Shown one piece after another: positions 9,664 through 24,328 of a stretch of DNA of 64,000 nt. Below the pieces are notes generated by a model. That model saw only the letters and a list, made by a program, of their open reading frames with translations, had not been told where the DNA came from and ran no database searches. Both the position numbers and the translations under genes were made by a program. The DNA lies in the IMG/VR virus record IMGVR_UViG_3300031414_000001, positions 32,001 through 96,000 of that record. One strand, given 5' to 3'. Positions within the stretch are counted from its first letter, which is position 1. Every line of letters begins with the position of its first letter. This stretch comes from a virus. Its lineage: Duplodnaviria > Heunggongvirae > Uroviricota > Caudoviricetes.

Positions 9664-11652
9664 TTATGCTGCTTCTTGCTCACGTGTCCAATCTTTACGG
9701 TCATCAGCACGTTCTTTGTTGAAGATCAAATCTAGGGTTTCTCCTAGTGATCCATCATCAGTAATCGCTACTGCTACACCATTGGATAGTGCGTCACGGA
9801 AGTTTGTTACTTCTAGAGTACCAAGACCTTTCGCACGTGTTGCTTTCCATCCTTTCCATTCTTCAGGATTGTATTCATGGACGTTATGACCATAGAAGTA
9901 CTTCGATTCTTTACCTTTCTCAAGGATGATGAACGGAGTCTTGAAGATATAAATGAATGGATCTTCTGGATCAGAGAATAACTCAGGCCAGAATTTGTAG
10001 AAGAAGTTAACCACAAGAGCACCGATGTTCTTACCATCTTCATCTTCGTCAGCACAAATGTATAACTTGCCGAAGTTCATGTTAGCACGAACGGCACGTT
10101 CACCTGGAACTAGATTCAATGATGCCATAATGTCATGTATCGCTGATGGTTTATCAGCAGTACCCATTAGGTCTTTAGTTTTCTCTTTACCGTTTACGTT
10201 CTGGATTTTACCACGTAGTGGAAGAATACCATGAATTTCAGAGTTCCTAGCAGCAGTCATTGAAGATACTGCGGAATCACCTTCTGCGATTAGTAGAATA
10301 CATTTAGAACGATCAGTACCGTTAGCATCACGCAATTTAGCAACTTTACCTTTCAGTAAACGTTTAGCCATCTTACGATCTTCATCGGCATCTTTCTTGT
10401 TTGTACGTTCAGCACAACGAGCATAAATTTCTTCTACCCAATCGTTATTTTTCTTAACGAGTTCAGCAAAGAATTCATCAGTCATTGCGTTCTGTACTGG
10501 TTTAATGACATTCTCATTAGTTAGCTTAGTTTTGATCTGAGAGTTGAATGTTGGAGTATTCATCTTAGTGACGTTATAAATCAACAAACCTTCTTCAATA
10601 TCAGAACGGTTAGGGGTCATTTTCTTTTGCTTAGATTTACGTTCTAGGGCTTTAATCACACCTAGTGCGAACTTCTGTTGGAAGGTATCTAAGTGAGTAC
10701 CACCTTCGAGGGATGGAGCGTTGTTAACAAGACCTTGCATATGTAGGTTCTTGCTAAGACCATCAACTACACCAGGGACAATATAGAAAGTACTGTCAAA
10801 GCCAGTTGTACCGTCTTCAACTTTCAATGTCATAGTGTTTTTGTGAGAAGCAAATAGACCTTTCTTCGGAACAACAATACGTTCACCATTCAAGAAAATC
10901 TTGTACGATGGGTTTGCTGCTGCGATTTCTTTCAGGATACTAAACACGAGTTCAAGTGGTAAAGTATGTACTTTGAATACTTCTTTACTGATTTTGAATC
11001 GTACTGTAGTACCAGTCTTTTCTGCTTGTACTTTACGAATACTTGGTTCATTAATTCCAAGTTCAGGGAACATTGCTGTACCTTCAGTGAACTTCTGAGT
11101 GAATTTATATGTACCATCATATTCAGAGTTGGCTTTATCGGTTTTGTACGGTTTACCTGCACGATGAATTTCGAGTTCAGCTTTCTCAGATACGATCATA
11201 ACTACTGAACCGCCTAAGCCGTTCATCCCGATAACGTTAGTACGTTCATCGTCGTTAAAGTTACGTCCAGTTTTCATTTCGGTTAGAACCATAGTACAGA
11301 CATGTTTCTGTGTTTCTGGTACATAGTCGATTGGAATACCACGACCGTTATCGCTAATTTCGAATTCAAGTTCATCTTGATTGTACTGGACTTTCAATAC
11401 TGGATCGCGTGTTCCAGCTTTAACGAATTCGTCCAATGAGTTATCCACGATTTCGCGGAAAGATGTTAGTAGGGCAGGAACCCAACCTAAGTTTTGCACG
11501 TTGAACCCTTCTTCTCCAAAAAGAAGTACAGGTTGTTCATGTTCTGATTTCGAACCCAAATACATTTCAGTACGGATACGAGCATGTTGATATTCAGTTA
11601 ATTGCTGTACACCATGTTCAGCGAGAACAGAACTTTTCTTTTCCTTTGCCAT
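9664..11652 (-). CDS. 39: Type II topoisomerase, GyrB/ParE-like subunit (gp39+gp60 in one ORF)
   Basis: GHKL EIVDNSLDE, DNGRGIP, GMNGLG; TOPRIM EGDSA, PLRGK, ADEDEDG, KGLG; start set at MAKEKK. Confidence 0.93.
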   Translation of the reverse strand: MAKEKKSSVLAEHGVQQLTEYQHARIRTEMYLGSKSEHEQPVLLFGEEGFNVQNLGWVPALLTSFREIVDNSLDEFVKAGTRDPVLKVQYNQDELEFEISDNGRGIPIDYVPETQKHVCTMVLTEMKTGRNFNDDERTNVIGMNGLGGSVVMIVSEKAELEIHRAGKPYKTDKANSEYDGTYKFTQKFTEGTAMFPELGINEPSIRKVQAEKTGTTVRFKISKEVFKVHTLPLELVFSILKEIAAANPSYKIFLNGERIVVPKKGLFASHKNTMTLKVEDGTTGFDSTFYIVPGVVDGLSKNLHMQGLVNNAPSLEGGTHLDTFQQKFALGVIKALERKSKQKKMTPNRSDIEEGLLIYNVTKMNTPTFNSQIKTKLTNENVIKPVQNAMTDEFFAELVKKNNDWVEEIYARCAERTNKKDADEDRKMAKRLLKGKVAKLRDANGTDRSKCILLIAEGDSAVSSMTAARNSEIHGILPLRGKIQNVNGKEKTKDLMGTADKPSAIHDIMASLNLVPGERAVRANMNFGKLYICADEDEDGKNIGALVVNFFYKFWPELFSDPEDPFIYIFKTPFIILEKGKESKYFYGHNVHEYNPEEWKGWKATRAKGLGTLEVTNFRDALSNGVAVAITDDGSLGETLDLIFNKERADDRKDWTREQEAA

Positions 11653-11683
11653 TTCAAATTCCTTTTTGTTTCTTAGCCATTGC

Positions 11684-11712
11684 ATTATAGCATAAATTGT
11701 TTCTTTGTTCCA
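11684..11712 (-). promoter_or_regulatory. Phage middle-type promoter TGGAAC-N17-TATAAT
   Basis: 13-copy motif, upstream of the topoisomerase genes. Confidence 0.75.
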
Positions 11713-11746
11713 AAAAAATAACGACGCATTTCTGCGTCGTCAGTAT

Positions 11747-12118
11747 TTATAGTAGAACCAGTATAGCAATTATCACGTAATGTGTCAAGTGGTGAGCCAT
11801 CTGGTCAATACCTAAGTACCACCAGAATTCTGGCTTACTGTGATCAGTACTGCGAGATGCCTCAACTTTGATTTTATCAACAATAAAATGTATTCCAAAA
11901 TCAAGAAGTGCTACCGCTATCACAACCGGAAGCGAAGCACCGACACATACGGCAATTAAGAACGTACCTAAAAGGTGCGTAGCCGCATGTGCTGTTAGTG
12001 GTAGTTCCCACCCTTCTTCTTTGAATTTACCTAACATGTAACGACCTTGGAAAAAGTAATCACATAGTAGATGTTTAATTTGGTACACGAATAGTAAGAT
12101 AAAAATCGTGGTTATCAT
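11747..12118 (-). CDS. DUF3307-like membrane protein
   Basis: HLLCDYFFQ, HFIVD, GIDQMAH motifs with hydrophobic segments. Confidence 0.75.
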   Translation of the reverse strand: MITTIFILLFVYQIKHLLCDYFFQGRYMLGKFKEEGWELPLTAHAATHLLGTFLIAVCVGASLPVVIAVALLDFGIHFIVDKIKVEASRSTDHSKPEFWWYLGIDQMAHHLTHYVIIAILVLL

Positions 12119-12127
12119 ATTTTGCCT

Positions 12128-14577
12128 TTATTTGACTAGTAAAAGTTGGAACTGCGATTGTGGCGAACCTTCTTCATCACTCCAGTACTTATGGAACTTC
12201 TCTGGTGTAGCCTGTTGTAGTACTTCACCATTAGCAACCACATATACTTTATGTGACTGAATTAGTCTTTGCCAAAATTTTATGGCATCGTCTGATTGTA
12301 GGCGTCCACTCAAAATTGGAGTACCTTCAACTTTAACAATATCCATGAACATTTGATAAACTACACCTTTCACCGAACGGCTAGAAGCTGTTACATCAAC
12401 GTTAAACCATCCTTCATCCACATGACCTTTAACTGTAGCAATTGCTTCTCCAGTATCATTGTCATATGCCATGTATCCATCATGACCACGATAAGTTGTC
12501 CACTCACCATGATCCTTAACTGGAGTCATGTTCTTTGGTGTATTAGCTTGTGCTTCCTTATCTACGTACACTTGTGGGTCCATTCCCATAAACGAATCAT
12601 ATTTAAGTGGCATTTCTTCTAGAACACCTTTATTAATTAGTTCTTGTTCGTCAGCATCATCCATATCATGTTCTAGTTCAGCATTTTGTACAATGTCTGC
12701 TAGACCACGCATACTTGATTCTGCCATAGCTGCTTCACCACGTTCTCTGCGTTTAGCAGTACGTTCTACATAATAAGCAAGTGATTCATCAAAATCAGAA
12801 ATAGATTCTGAGTACTGTAATGCTTTGTTTATGTGACGTGGTTCAACTTCTGGATTGTAATATCCATCAAAAACTTTAGTGAAAAATTCTTCAATTTCTT
12901 TTTCAGAACCAATGAAATTATTTTCACCATCATCAATATCAACAGTATACATTTTTCCTGATGTTTGGCAAATAATTTTTGCTTTTACATCTGCCATTTG
13001 AACCTGGAAGAATCCTTCATCTTGAACATAATCATCAAATTGAACTTTGCGAGTACTGTCATTATTAAAGAAACCTGCGTTCTCATTGATATTCTCAACT
13101 GCGAATAACATACCTTCCAAGTTAGCATCCGGTGCGTTTTCTTTTTCAATTATATCTTGTAATGTTTGAATACCACGCATGTTTCCAAGATAGTTAACTG
13201 GTAATTTAGCCATTTGCTCTTTAGTAAAATCTAAACGCATTGGCTCTCCACCATCTGGTTTAACAAGGATGAAATAATCATCTCTGTGACCATGACGGAA
13301 TACTAAATCATACGGTGTATAACCACCTTCAACTCGTAGTGTGAATTGTTCAGGATCATGAGCTTGACTTAGACCATGAATCTTTGGACGTTCACCGAAT
13401 TCACGCCATACTTTCAAATATAAATCACCCATTAAACTATCACCAGCTTCAGGATATTCTTGATCACGATTAACTTCATGTCCGTCATCAATATTCTTTT
13501 CAGTACTGTCAAATTCGTGATTATCTTCAGCGTGTAATTCATTATCATAGAAGTTACTAACTTCACGATAAATCAATTTCATTGCCTTATTAGCACGAGC
13601 ATCTTCTTTGTACTTTCTAAGTTCTTTTACTAGATTAGCTTGTGGGAATGATCTCAAAACATGTTGAATAGCTTTAGAAATATCTGCGTTCTTATTACCA
13701 GTTATTAAATCTGGATGTTCTTCAAGCCATTCATTAGCAAAGTTTGCTAAATCTTTAACTTGTGGACCAAATTCAATACCGCCACGATAGTACGCATCGG
13801 GATCTTGACCAGAAATATAATCAGGATGCTGATGTGCTTGTTGATCTTTTGGATTTAAATTTCTATTAACTACTTGTTGAATAGTATGTTGAAGTTCATG
13901 CTCAACTGTACCAATAGCATAATTCAAAGAACGAGCAACACCATCTAAATTAGCATTCTTAATATCTTCATAAGATGGAATACCTAAATCTAAATTATTT
14001 TGCGTTCCACGAACAGCACTACTACCACCTTTATCAAGGAACTGATTACTAATTTTCATCTTGATTGTAAGATTATTAATCAATTCTTTAGTACGAGGAT
14101 TCTTTTTCAAATTCTCTGGCAATGAGTTATAAATTTCATTAGCATCAATATTCAAATTAGTACTGCTATTGATGTATTTCTTTAAATCAGCAGGTGTTAG
14201 TACTGAAGCACCATACTTACGTTGGAATCTACGTAGAAAATTTAGTAGTGCTTCTGATTCAGATTCTCTACCATTTTTTTGTAATTCATGTTGTTTCATC
14301 ACACCCATAGTTAGAAGTACTGAACCAACATATTTTTGAACTTGTTTAAGTAATGTTTGTGGTACTTTAATAATACCAACACCACTAGCTTCATCAAGCT
14401 CTACTTCTTCTGAGACATGAGAAGGAAGATCAGAACCTTTCTTAAGGTTTCCTTCCTTCTCGTCAGCTTTATTAAAATCGTGAGCAACACTCATATCAAT
14501 ACCAGCATCTTTAGCAATGTCTGGATTATGTGCGGCAGCCGCCATTAAGTGTGCTTGTGCTTTGCTTTTACTTGGCA

Positions 14578-14578
<1 letters not shown>
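12128..14578 (-). CDS. Large multidomain putative internal virion protein: HExxH zincin-like domain plus C-terminal GNAT-like domain
   Basis: EHELQH motif; C-terminal KGVVYQMF...LSGRLQSDDAIKFWQRL; paralogous to 14578..16170. Confidence 0.55.
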
Positions 14579-16745
<2,167 letters not shown>

Positions 16746-16761
16746 TAATTAGGTCAGATTA

Positions 16762-17295
16762 TTAAATATCGCCTGGGAAATCACGACGAATAAGACGTTC
16801 TAGTACTTCTAAGCTGTCCATGCTATTAGCATTGAAGGTTTCGATAATATCTGTTTCCAGTTCTTCACCCATCTGTTCATTAATGGTTTCTACCATACAT
16901 GCGAAAGTATGAGCGAGTTCGTAAGTATACGTTCCAACGATACAAGCACCGTTATAGTGAACGAGGTCAGCCATTTCGGTAGCTTCTTCGAAGGTTTTGC
17001 GGAACAAGTCACCAATGACTTGAGCTACGAAATCTTTTGAAGATTTTGGATTATCAAGGAAAACCAGATTGTACAGTGGAACTGCCAATTGGTTATTTTT
17101 CGGATGGTCACGCAGGAATGCGTCAAGACCATGTTTGATCGCCTCAATTTCATCAATTGCGAAAGATGATTTTACGAGACTAACGTATTCAGTAATGTCG
17201 CTGTCGCCAGCAATGTAGTATACTGAATCTTTATAAGAAGCCTTAACCACATCCATAGCAGGTAGGGAAAATACTTCACGCACGATATGTTTCAT
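16762..17295 (-). CDS. clpS: ClpS-like N-end-rule adaptor with N-terminal extension
   Basis: PLYNLVFLDN...DFVAQVIGDLF..EEATEMADLVHYNGACIVGTYTYELA; start MKHIV with GGAG SD. Confidence 0.75.
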   Translation of the reverse strand: MKHIVREVFSLPAMDVVKASYKDSVYYIAGDSDITEYVSLVKSSFAIDEIEAIKHGLDAFLRDHPKNNQLAVPLYNLVFLDNPKSSKDFVAQVIGDLFRKTFEEATEMADLVHYNGACIVGTYTYELAHTFACMVETINEQMGEELETDIIETFNANSMDSLEVLERLIRRDFPGDI

Positions 17296-17354
17296 AATAA
17301 TACTCCAGATGTGTGTTAGGGGGTGCTTTTTTGTATTTAGCACCCTTACTGTAC

Positions 17355-17861
17355 TTACTTCGCTTTTAACGTACAGGTAACATTGTTTCCTTGTACTGCG
17401 ACATTTTGGACAAAATCAGACTCTTGAACACGAGAAACGAATTGATTCATCTTTGTGATGTTCGCTGCTACCATGTCAGGATTAGATTTGGCACGACCAG
17501 TCATTTTCATAACTACTCGAACATGCTTACCTTCCTGGATAAATTTTTGAGCAGCTTTCAACTTCGTTTGGAGATCATTCTCCTGAGTACTGAAAGCGAA
17601 CTGTACTTCTTTAACCTGAACGGCGGTTTCACGCTGTTTCTTTTTATTGCTTTTATCAGCTTGTTTTTGCTCATACAAGTACTTGTTCAAGTCCATGATT
17701 TTTACAACAGGAACATCTTGATCAGATACTTGGATCAGATCCATCTCTTTACTGTAAGCAAGATTACGTGCTTCAGCAATTGCCATTACTTTACTCGAAT
17801 CTCCTTGTACAACACGAACATTCTTCGCAGTAATTTTTTCGTTGGCAATAACAGATTTCAT
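17355..17861 (-). CDS. infC: Translation initiation factor IF3
   Basis: NEKI..KNVRVV, MDLIQV..PVVKIMD..KYLYEQK, VKEVQF, NDLQTK...FIQEGKHVRV. Confidence 0.9.
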   Translation of the reverse strand: MKSVIANEKITAKNVRVVQGDSSKVMAIAEARNLAYSKEMDLIQVSDQDVPVVKIMDLNKYLYEQKQADKSNKKKQRETAVQVKEVQFAFSTQENDLQTKLKAAQKFIQEGKHVRVVMKMTGRAKSNPDMVAANITKMNQFVSRVQESDFVQNVAVQGNNVTCTLKAK

Positions 17862-17937
17862 ATAGGATTTGTAACTCCGTGGGGGATTTTGTTTACGTAT
17901 GAGATGGTATCAAAAAGACACCATCTCGTCAAGCGGC

Positions 17938-18132
17938 TTACTGCTTGTTTTCTGCGTCTTTCAACGCTTTGCATATTTCTTGAACAAATTTCAAGTTAGC
18001 TATTGCTGTATCAGCAACGCTACGGGTACGTGGGTACGGTGCTTCTTGAGACATTTTCTCAAGATCAAAAATAATTTGGTCGAACGCACCAACGTCCTCT
18101 AGAATGCGATCATAAAAGGATTTGCTATCCAT
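17938..18132 (-). CDS. Hypothetical protein
   Basis: 64-aa ORF with GGAG SD. Confidence 0.65.
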   Translation of the reverse strand: MDSKSFYDRILEDVGAFDQIIFDLEKMSQEAPYPRTRSVADTAIANLKFVQEICKALKDAENKQ

Positions 18133-18155
18133 GTCAACTCCATGTTGTGTATGTT

Positions 18156-18692
18156 TTAAGCAGTTAGATCGATATGAACTACAGTACTTTCTACTCCAGA
18201 ATCAGCAACAGTAATGTACTCAGTTTTCAATTCACGATAATCGTTAGTTGTGCTTGAGCCAGGGAACAGTGCTTTAGAGTAAGTAACTTGTACTTCAAAG
18301 AATTCGTCAATAATCTCAACACTCAATGCTTCATCAATGATTGCTTTAATCACTGAAGCAGCATCAGCAAAATGATCACTCGTTAGTACTTCTAGAGTGC
18401 TAAGGAATGGTTCAATTGAAATGTAAGATACTACGATTTCTGCGTCAGATGGAACAGTGCTTGCTGTACCCTCTGTACCGAATTTGATTGTAAAATATAC
18501 AGGAACGGATAGTTCTGATAGTTTACGCTCAACATGTTTTAGTCTAACAAAAGCCTGAGCTTTTGTCAATGTTTCAGCGTCCGTTGGAACGGTTGTGCTT
18601 GTATTGTCGTAATCAGCGTACTCGAAAAATTTCTTATCGTCAAGTACTTCGCCAGGTACTTTAATACTAAATGCGTTGAATAAGTTGTTCAT
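18156..18692 (-). CDS. Hypothetical, probably late/structural protein
   Basis: Start MNNLF with GGAG SD; TAAATA at 18721-18726. Confidence 0.65.
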   Translation of the reverse strand: MNNLFNAFSIKVPGEVLDDKKFFEYADYDNTSTTVPTDAETLTKAQAFVRLKHVERKLSELSVPVYFTIKFGTEGTASTVPSDAEIVVSYISIEPFLSTLEVLTSDHFADAASVIKAIIDEALSVEIIDEFFEVQVTYSKALFPGSSTTNDYRELKTEYITVADSGVESTVVHIDLTA

Positions 18693-18728
18693 TATAGTCT
18701 CCATAGAAAGAACTTTCTATTATTTATG

Positions 18729-20065
18729 TTAGAATCTTCCACTTTTACGCAACATCACACTATAACGTGGTCGTGTTAACGCAGTGTACAGAATACGGCA
18801 TTTTGTATCGTTGTTCGGAATTCGTTCAATAAAATCGGTATCGAACCAGATATTATCGAAAGTACTTCCTTGTGATTTGTGAGCCGTAGTCGCATATGGA
18901 TAGTTAATGACATTAATCTTATTCTTGATTACGTAGTAATCTTGCCACATGTAAGGCTTTTTGGTCAATGGATTTTCGACACGTTTTTCAATCTTGTCAA
19001 CAAGATCCTTCAAATATTCTTCTAACTTGATTCGGGTATACGGCCCGACTCCCAATAAGAAGTTACCATTCGGTAACTTGAATTGCCAACAATCAATTCC
19101 TAAGAATGATTCCTGACGAATCTCTGGACACTGAATAACTTGCTGTACCGTATAAGGACAGTTCTCTGTGATGCTTTCAAATACGATTGGTTCACCAGGA
19201 ATAAACTCAGTGTCTGTATGTTCATGAAATACTTCATTACGAATATACATATTAGCGAAGTTAACCCGATAATTTGTATAAGCAATGATTTTGTTTTCCT
19301 GAACGAAATCGTAAATCTTCAATGATGAAGTACTGTGCTCTTTGATATACTCTTTGTATACATCAAGGAATACCATTTCATCTTCAATCGGTGTAATAGT
19401 TTCTAGGTCATCTAATTGGTTTAAGATAGCCATTGGATCATTACGAGTACCGATACATTGACGAATTTGTGTAGCAACACTTAGAATTGGGTTATCTAGT
19501 GCCTGACGAAGTACTTCATTCAATTCGTATTGTAACGGAATATCAAATGTAGGACTTAGTTTTGTTTCACCAGTAGTACCTTCAGATTCAACTGGTGGTA
19601 GCTGGCATTTATCGCCGATGAAAATAATCGCACGGCGTACACGGTGAATTTGATCCATGATGTGTTTGTACATTTCTTCTGAAATCATACTACATTCATC
19701 AACGAACAGTACATCCACCATTGCGGTACTGTTCTTGGATTGTGGGTCATGTTTCAGTACTTGACGACTTTTCTCATAGACTAGTTTTAATCCTAAGAAA
19801 GAGTGTATAGTACTGACTAGAGCATCTTCTTTATCTAATCCAGCATTGAGTAACATCTTACGCAGTACAGCATTAGCTTTGTGCGTGGGTGAAGTTACAG
19901 CAATGTTATATCCCTGATAGATATTCCCGATGATTTCAGATACCAAAGTACTTTTACCAGTTCCAGCATAACCAACGATTACTGCTTCAGTTCGACCTGG
20001 AAAGTTATTGATTCTGTCAATTACATCATCAAAAATATTTTGTTGCTTGTCCGTAAGCGTAATAC

Positions 20066-20069
<4 letters not shown>
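18729..20069 (-). CDS. dda: Dda/RecD-like SF1B DNA helicase
   Basis: GYAGTGKS, PTHKA, DECSM, GDKCQLPPV, TAHKSQGSTF, YTALTR. Confidence 0.9.
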
Positions 20070-21008
<939 letters not shown>

Positions 21009-21016
<8 letters not shown>

Positions 21017-21389
21017 TGCGATATTCTTTTATTTTATTATATGCCATTACTAGAGACATGACACGATAGAATGCTACAGCCGATATAGCGAACAGTACTG
21101 ACATATTTCCTATCAGTACTCCAACTATAATAGCATGACATAGGTAAGAACCTATGAAGTTATATAGCCGAAGTTTATACTCGGTTTTATCGAAGATTAA
21201 TTCAACAGCTTCTTTGTACTGAGAATTAATATGGGGATACATCTTTACCCAACGATCTAATCTGAAGGTGGTAAAGATTGCCATCATAGAAAGGAAAAGA
21301 TATAATGGTAAAAGATAATTCACATAACCTGCATAATAAAGCACCGAAGTGATTGTAATCATGATTATGTTATAAATAGTGGGAAACAT
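21009..21389 (-). CDS. Hypothetical membrane protein
   Basis: Multiple hydrophobic segments; follows a middle-type promoter. Confidence 0.65.
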
Positions 21390-21416
21390 AAGACGCTCTT
21401 AGTAAGTTTTGTAAAG

Positions 21417-21445
21417 ATTATAGCACAAATCCAAATCTTGTTCCA
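21417..21445 (-). promoter_or_regulatory. Phage middle-type promoter TGGAAC-N17-TATAAT
   Basis: 13-copy motif. Confidence 0.75.
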
Positions 21446-21489
21446 GTTTTTTACACTTTTTAATCATGTACAGGTAAATATGTGTATAA

Positions 21490-22233
<744 letters not shown>

Positions 22234-22244
22234 GGAGAATAAGC

Positions 22245-22898
22245 ATGTTTAATCGTAAAGATAAACCTTCCATTTTGGAAAGATTTTTTACAATTGTTGC
22301 GTGTTTCGTACTTGGTGTGTTCGTCCTGATCAACGCGAATTTTATACAAGGTAAAGCGGAAGCAGAAGTATTTCCCATTATGATGAACAGTGTTTATGCT
22401 AGTCAGCAAAACAATGAAAACATTAATGTGGAATTCAGGAAAATGATGATAAAGTATCCTGATATAAAGTCTGTCGTTTTATATAAATTCGTACAAGATA
22501 GCGGAACATCCATATATACAGGTCAAATCAATATAACATCTGAAACACACGATGGCTCTAAATTACCGGATGACAATGACGTTAATCCAATGGTAGATAG
22601 TACTAACAGTATTCAAGATATTTTATTGAATAAGGTCAATTACGAAAACGTGGCAACAATTCAACTTCTATGTGAGAACAAATTTAATGCATCTCAGCTA
22701 TTTTCATGCGAGAGATACAAGAAGATTGGTTCAAAATATAAAAGTGTAATATCTATTCCAATCATCCAAAACGTCGATGTAGGCGTTGTCGGATATGTGA
22801 TGATCACATTGGGTTCAGAATACGATAACCTTCAAGTTCAAGATCTTGTAAATGGTTTACGACCATATATCACAAGTGTTCAACTACTTGTCAATTAA
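22245..22898 (+). CDS. Paralogous single-TM GAF-like protein (holin/antiholin candidate)
   Basis: TM near N-terminus, VVLYKFV, ISIPI...GYVMITL shared with the preceding gene; AAGGAG SD. Confidence 0.45.
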   Translation: MFNRKDKPSILERFFTIVACFVLGVFVLINANFIQGKAEAEVFPIMMNSVYASQQNNENINVEFRKMMIKYPDIKSVVLYKFVQDSGTSIYTGQINITSETHDGSKLPDDNDVNPMVDSTNSIQDILLNKVNYENVATIQLLCENKFNASQLFSCERYKKIGSKYKSVISIPIIQNVDVGVVGYVMITLGSEYDNLQVQDLVNGLRPYITSVQLLVN

Positions 22899-22901
22899 TA
22901 T

Positions 22902-22927
22902 AAAAGGGAGCTTAATGCTCCCTTTTT
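22902..22927. terminator. Bidirectional intrinsic terminator
   Basis: aaaagggagc-ttaat-gctcccttttt between convergent genes. Confidence 0.8.
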
Positions 22928-22931
22928 GTTT

Positions 22932-23651
22932 TTACACAGTAATGAATTTGTTCAAGTCAGGCTCGAAGAAGTCAAGACCTTTCAGTACTTTACCATCCCC
23001 AGCACGACGAATAACATAGTATGAAGTACCGTTAACCTGTACTTCATGACCTTCAGCACCATTGTAATCTTCTGGTTTTTCTTTCTGGCGTTCCAAAATA
23101 CTCTTAGCACATTCATGAGCAGATTTACAGAACTTAGCCATGTTAGATGCGTGAACTTCTTTAAAAGCACCATCTAAATCAAAGTTGTGTAGTGTTGATA
23201 GGTCAATGATATTATAAATCAAACTATTCAATCCACTCTGGATAGTACGCATATCACCCATCAGAAGACCACGTGCGGTTTTCTCATAGCAATCATTAAT
23301 GTACTTAGACATTGTAGCCGCTACGCTATACGACAATACCGTACTAGCCCCACTACGTTGACGTGGAATTTCATATGTCGGTGATTCGATACCAAAGGTA
23401 GCTAGAGCACCGTAAGCAACGTATAGTACGTCACAAATACCATCAAGAATCCCTTTCAGATCATCTTTCGCGATACTATCAAATAGTTCATTTTTTCCCG
23501 CCATTTCTTCTTTAATCAAAGATAGACGAAAATTACCAACTTTAGTTGTAGGTTCAACGAAAGTGCTATTTACTTCTTGTCCAGCAACAGTCATGAACTC
23601 AACTACTGCGTCAAATTGTTCTTTGGTATTTGTCTTTTCGAACATTACCAT
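22932..23651 (-). CDS. MazG-like/PRA-PH nucleotide pyrophosphohydrolase
   Basis: LIKEE...LDGICDVLYVAYG, EVHASNMAK, DGKVLKG. Confidence 0.8.
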   Translation of the reverse strand: MVMFEKTNTKEQFDAVVEFMTVAGQEVNSTFVEPTTKVGNFRLSLIKEEMAGKNELFDSIAKDDLKGILDGICDVLYVAYGALATFGIESPTYEIPRQRSGASTVLSYSVAATMSKYINDCYEKTARGLLMGDMRTIQSGLNSLIYNIIDLSTLHNFDLDGAFKEVHASNMAKFCKSAHECAKSILERQKEKPEDYNGAEGHEVQVNGTSYYVIRRAGDGKVLKGLDFFEPDLNKFITV

Positions 23652-24022
23652 TCTCCATAATATGCGTCACCGTATAGTACAGTGACATTTCCTATTTCTG
23701 CGTAACTTGGGTCAATCTCTGATAGAATCAGAAGTAGACCTTTACAGTACTCTTTGACGAAGTTTTCAGAGAACTCTGATGTTTTAACTTGGAACATAAT
23801 ATTAGTTCCAACTTGGCTTCCACCAACAAAAGTACTGTCATCATATTCATAGATAGCATCCAGTAGTTTATCTTCTGCTGGAACATCAAATAACCCTGCG
23901 GATAAATCAATGGAAACCAAAGTTTCTGCGAAATCATCTAAATGTAACTTTTTCAAGGAACGTTTACTACGAAGTGTAGTTTTTGGGAATTTTTCATTGA
24001 TTTTTTCGAAAGAGTACTGCAT
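23645..24022 (-). CDS. YggL/DUF469-like protein
   Basis: RSKRSLKKLHLDDFAE resembles YggL RSRRLRKKMHIDEFQE; C-terminal DAYY. Confidence 0.65.
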   Translation of the reverse strand: MQYSFEKINEKFPKTTLRSKRSLKKLHLDDFAETLVSIDLSAGLFDVPAEDKLLDAIYEYDDSTFVGGSQVGTNIMFQVKTSEFSENFVKEYCKGLLLILSEIDPSYAEIGNVTVLYGDAYYGEW

Positions 24023-24033
24023 AATGACTTCTC

Positions 24034-24264
24034 TTATTTGCGGTTCTGACGACGAGACTTACGAGCAACTTTGTTCGCAGCACGGCGTTTAGATTTGATT
24101 TTACGTTTTTCTGCTACGTCAGAATCTTTCTTCATATAGTAGTTAGACAGACGAGCAATCATCTTACTGGTATATTCCATTTCTTCAGCAGTCATTTCGT
24201 ATCCGGTAACTTCTTCTGCTGCTTCCATGTTCTTTTCTACCATTTTGTTCAGTTCGTTGTTCAT
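24034..24264 (-). CDS. Hypothetical protein with Arg/Lys-rich C-terminus
   Basis: KRKIKSKRRAANKVARKSRRQNRK; follows a middle-type promoter. Confidence 0.7.
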   Translation of the reverse strand: MNNELNKMVEKNMEAAEEVTGYEMTAEEMEYTSKMIARLSNYYMKKDSDVAEKRKIKSKRRAANKVARKSRRQNRK

Positions 24265-24299
24265 TGTGATATTTTCCTTTTCACTGTTTTAACACGTTC

Positions 24300-24328
24300 A
24301 TTATAGCACAAAAACTTATGCCGTTTCA
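24300..24328 (-). promoter_or_regulatory. Phage middle-type promoter TGAAAC-N17-TATAAT
   Basis: 13-copy motif. Confidence 0.8.

Noticed and set aside
9664-11652. T4 gene 60-type translational bypass or split topoisomerase
   Set aside because: The ATPase and TOPRIM regions are in one uninterrupted ORF.
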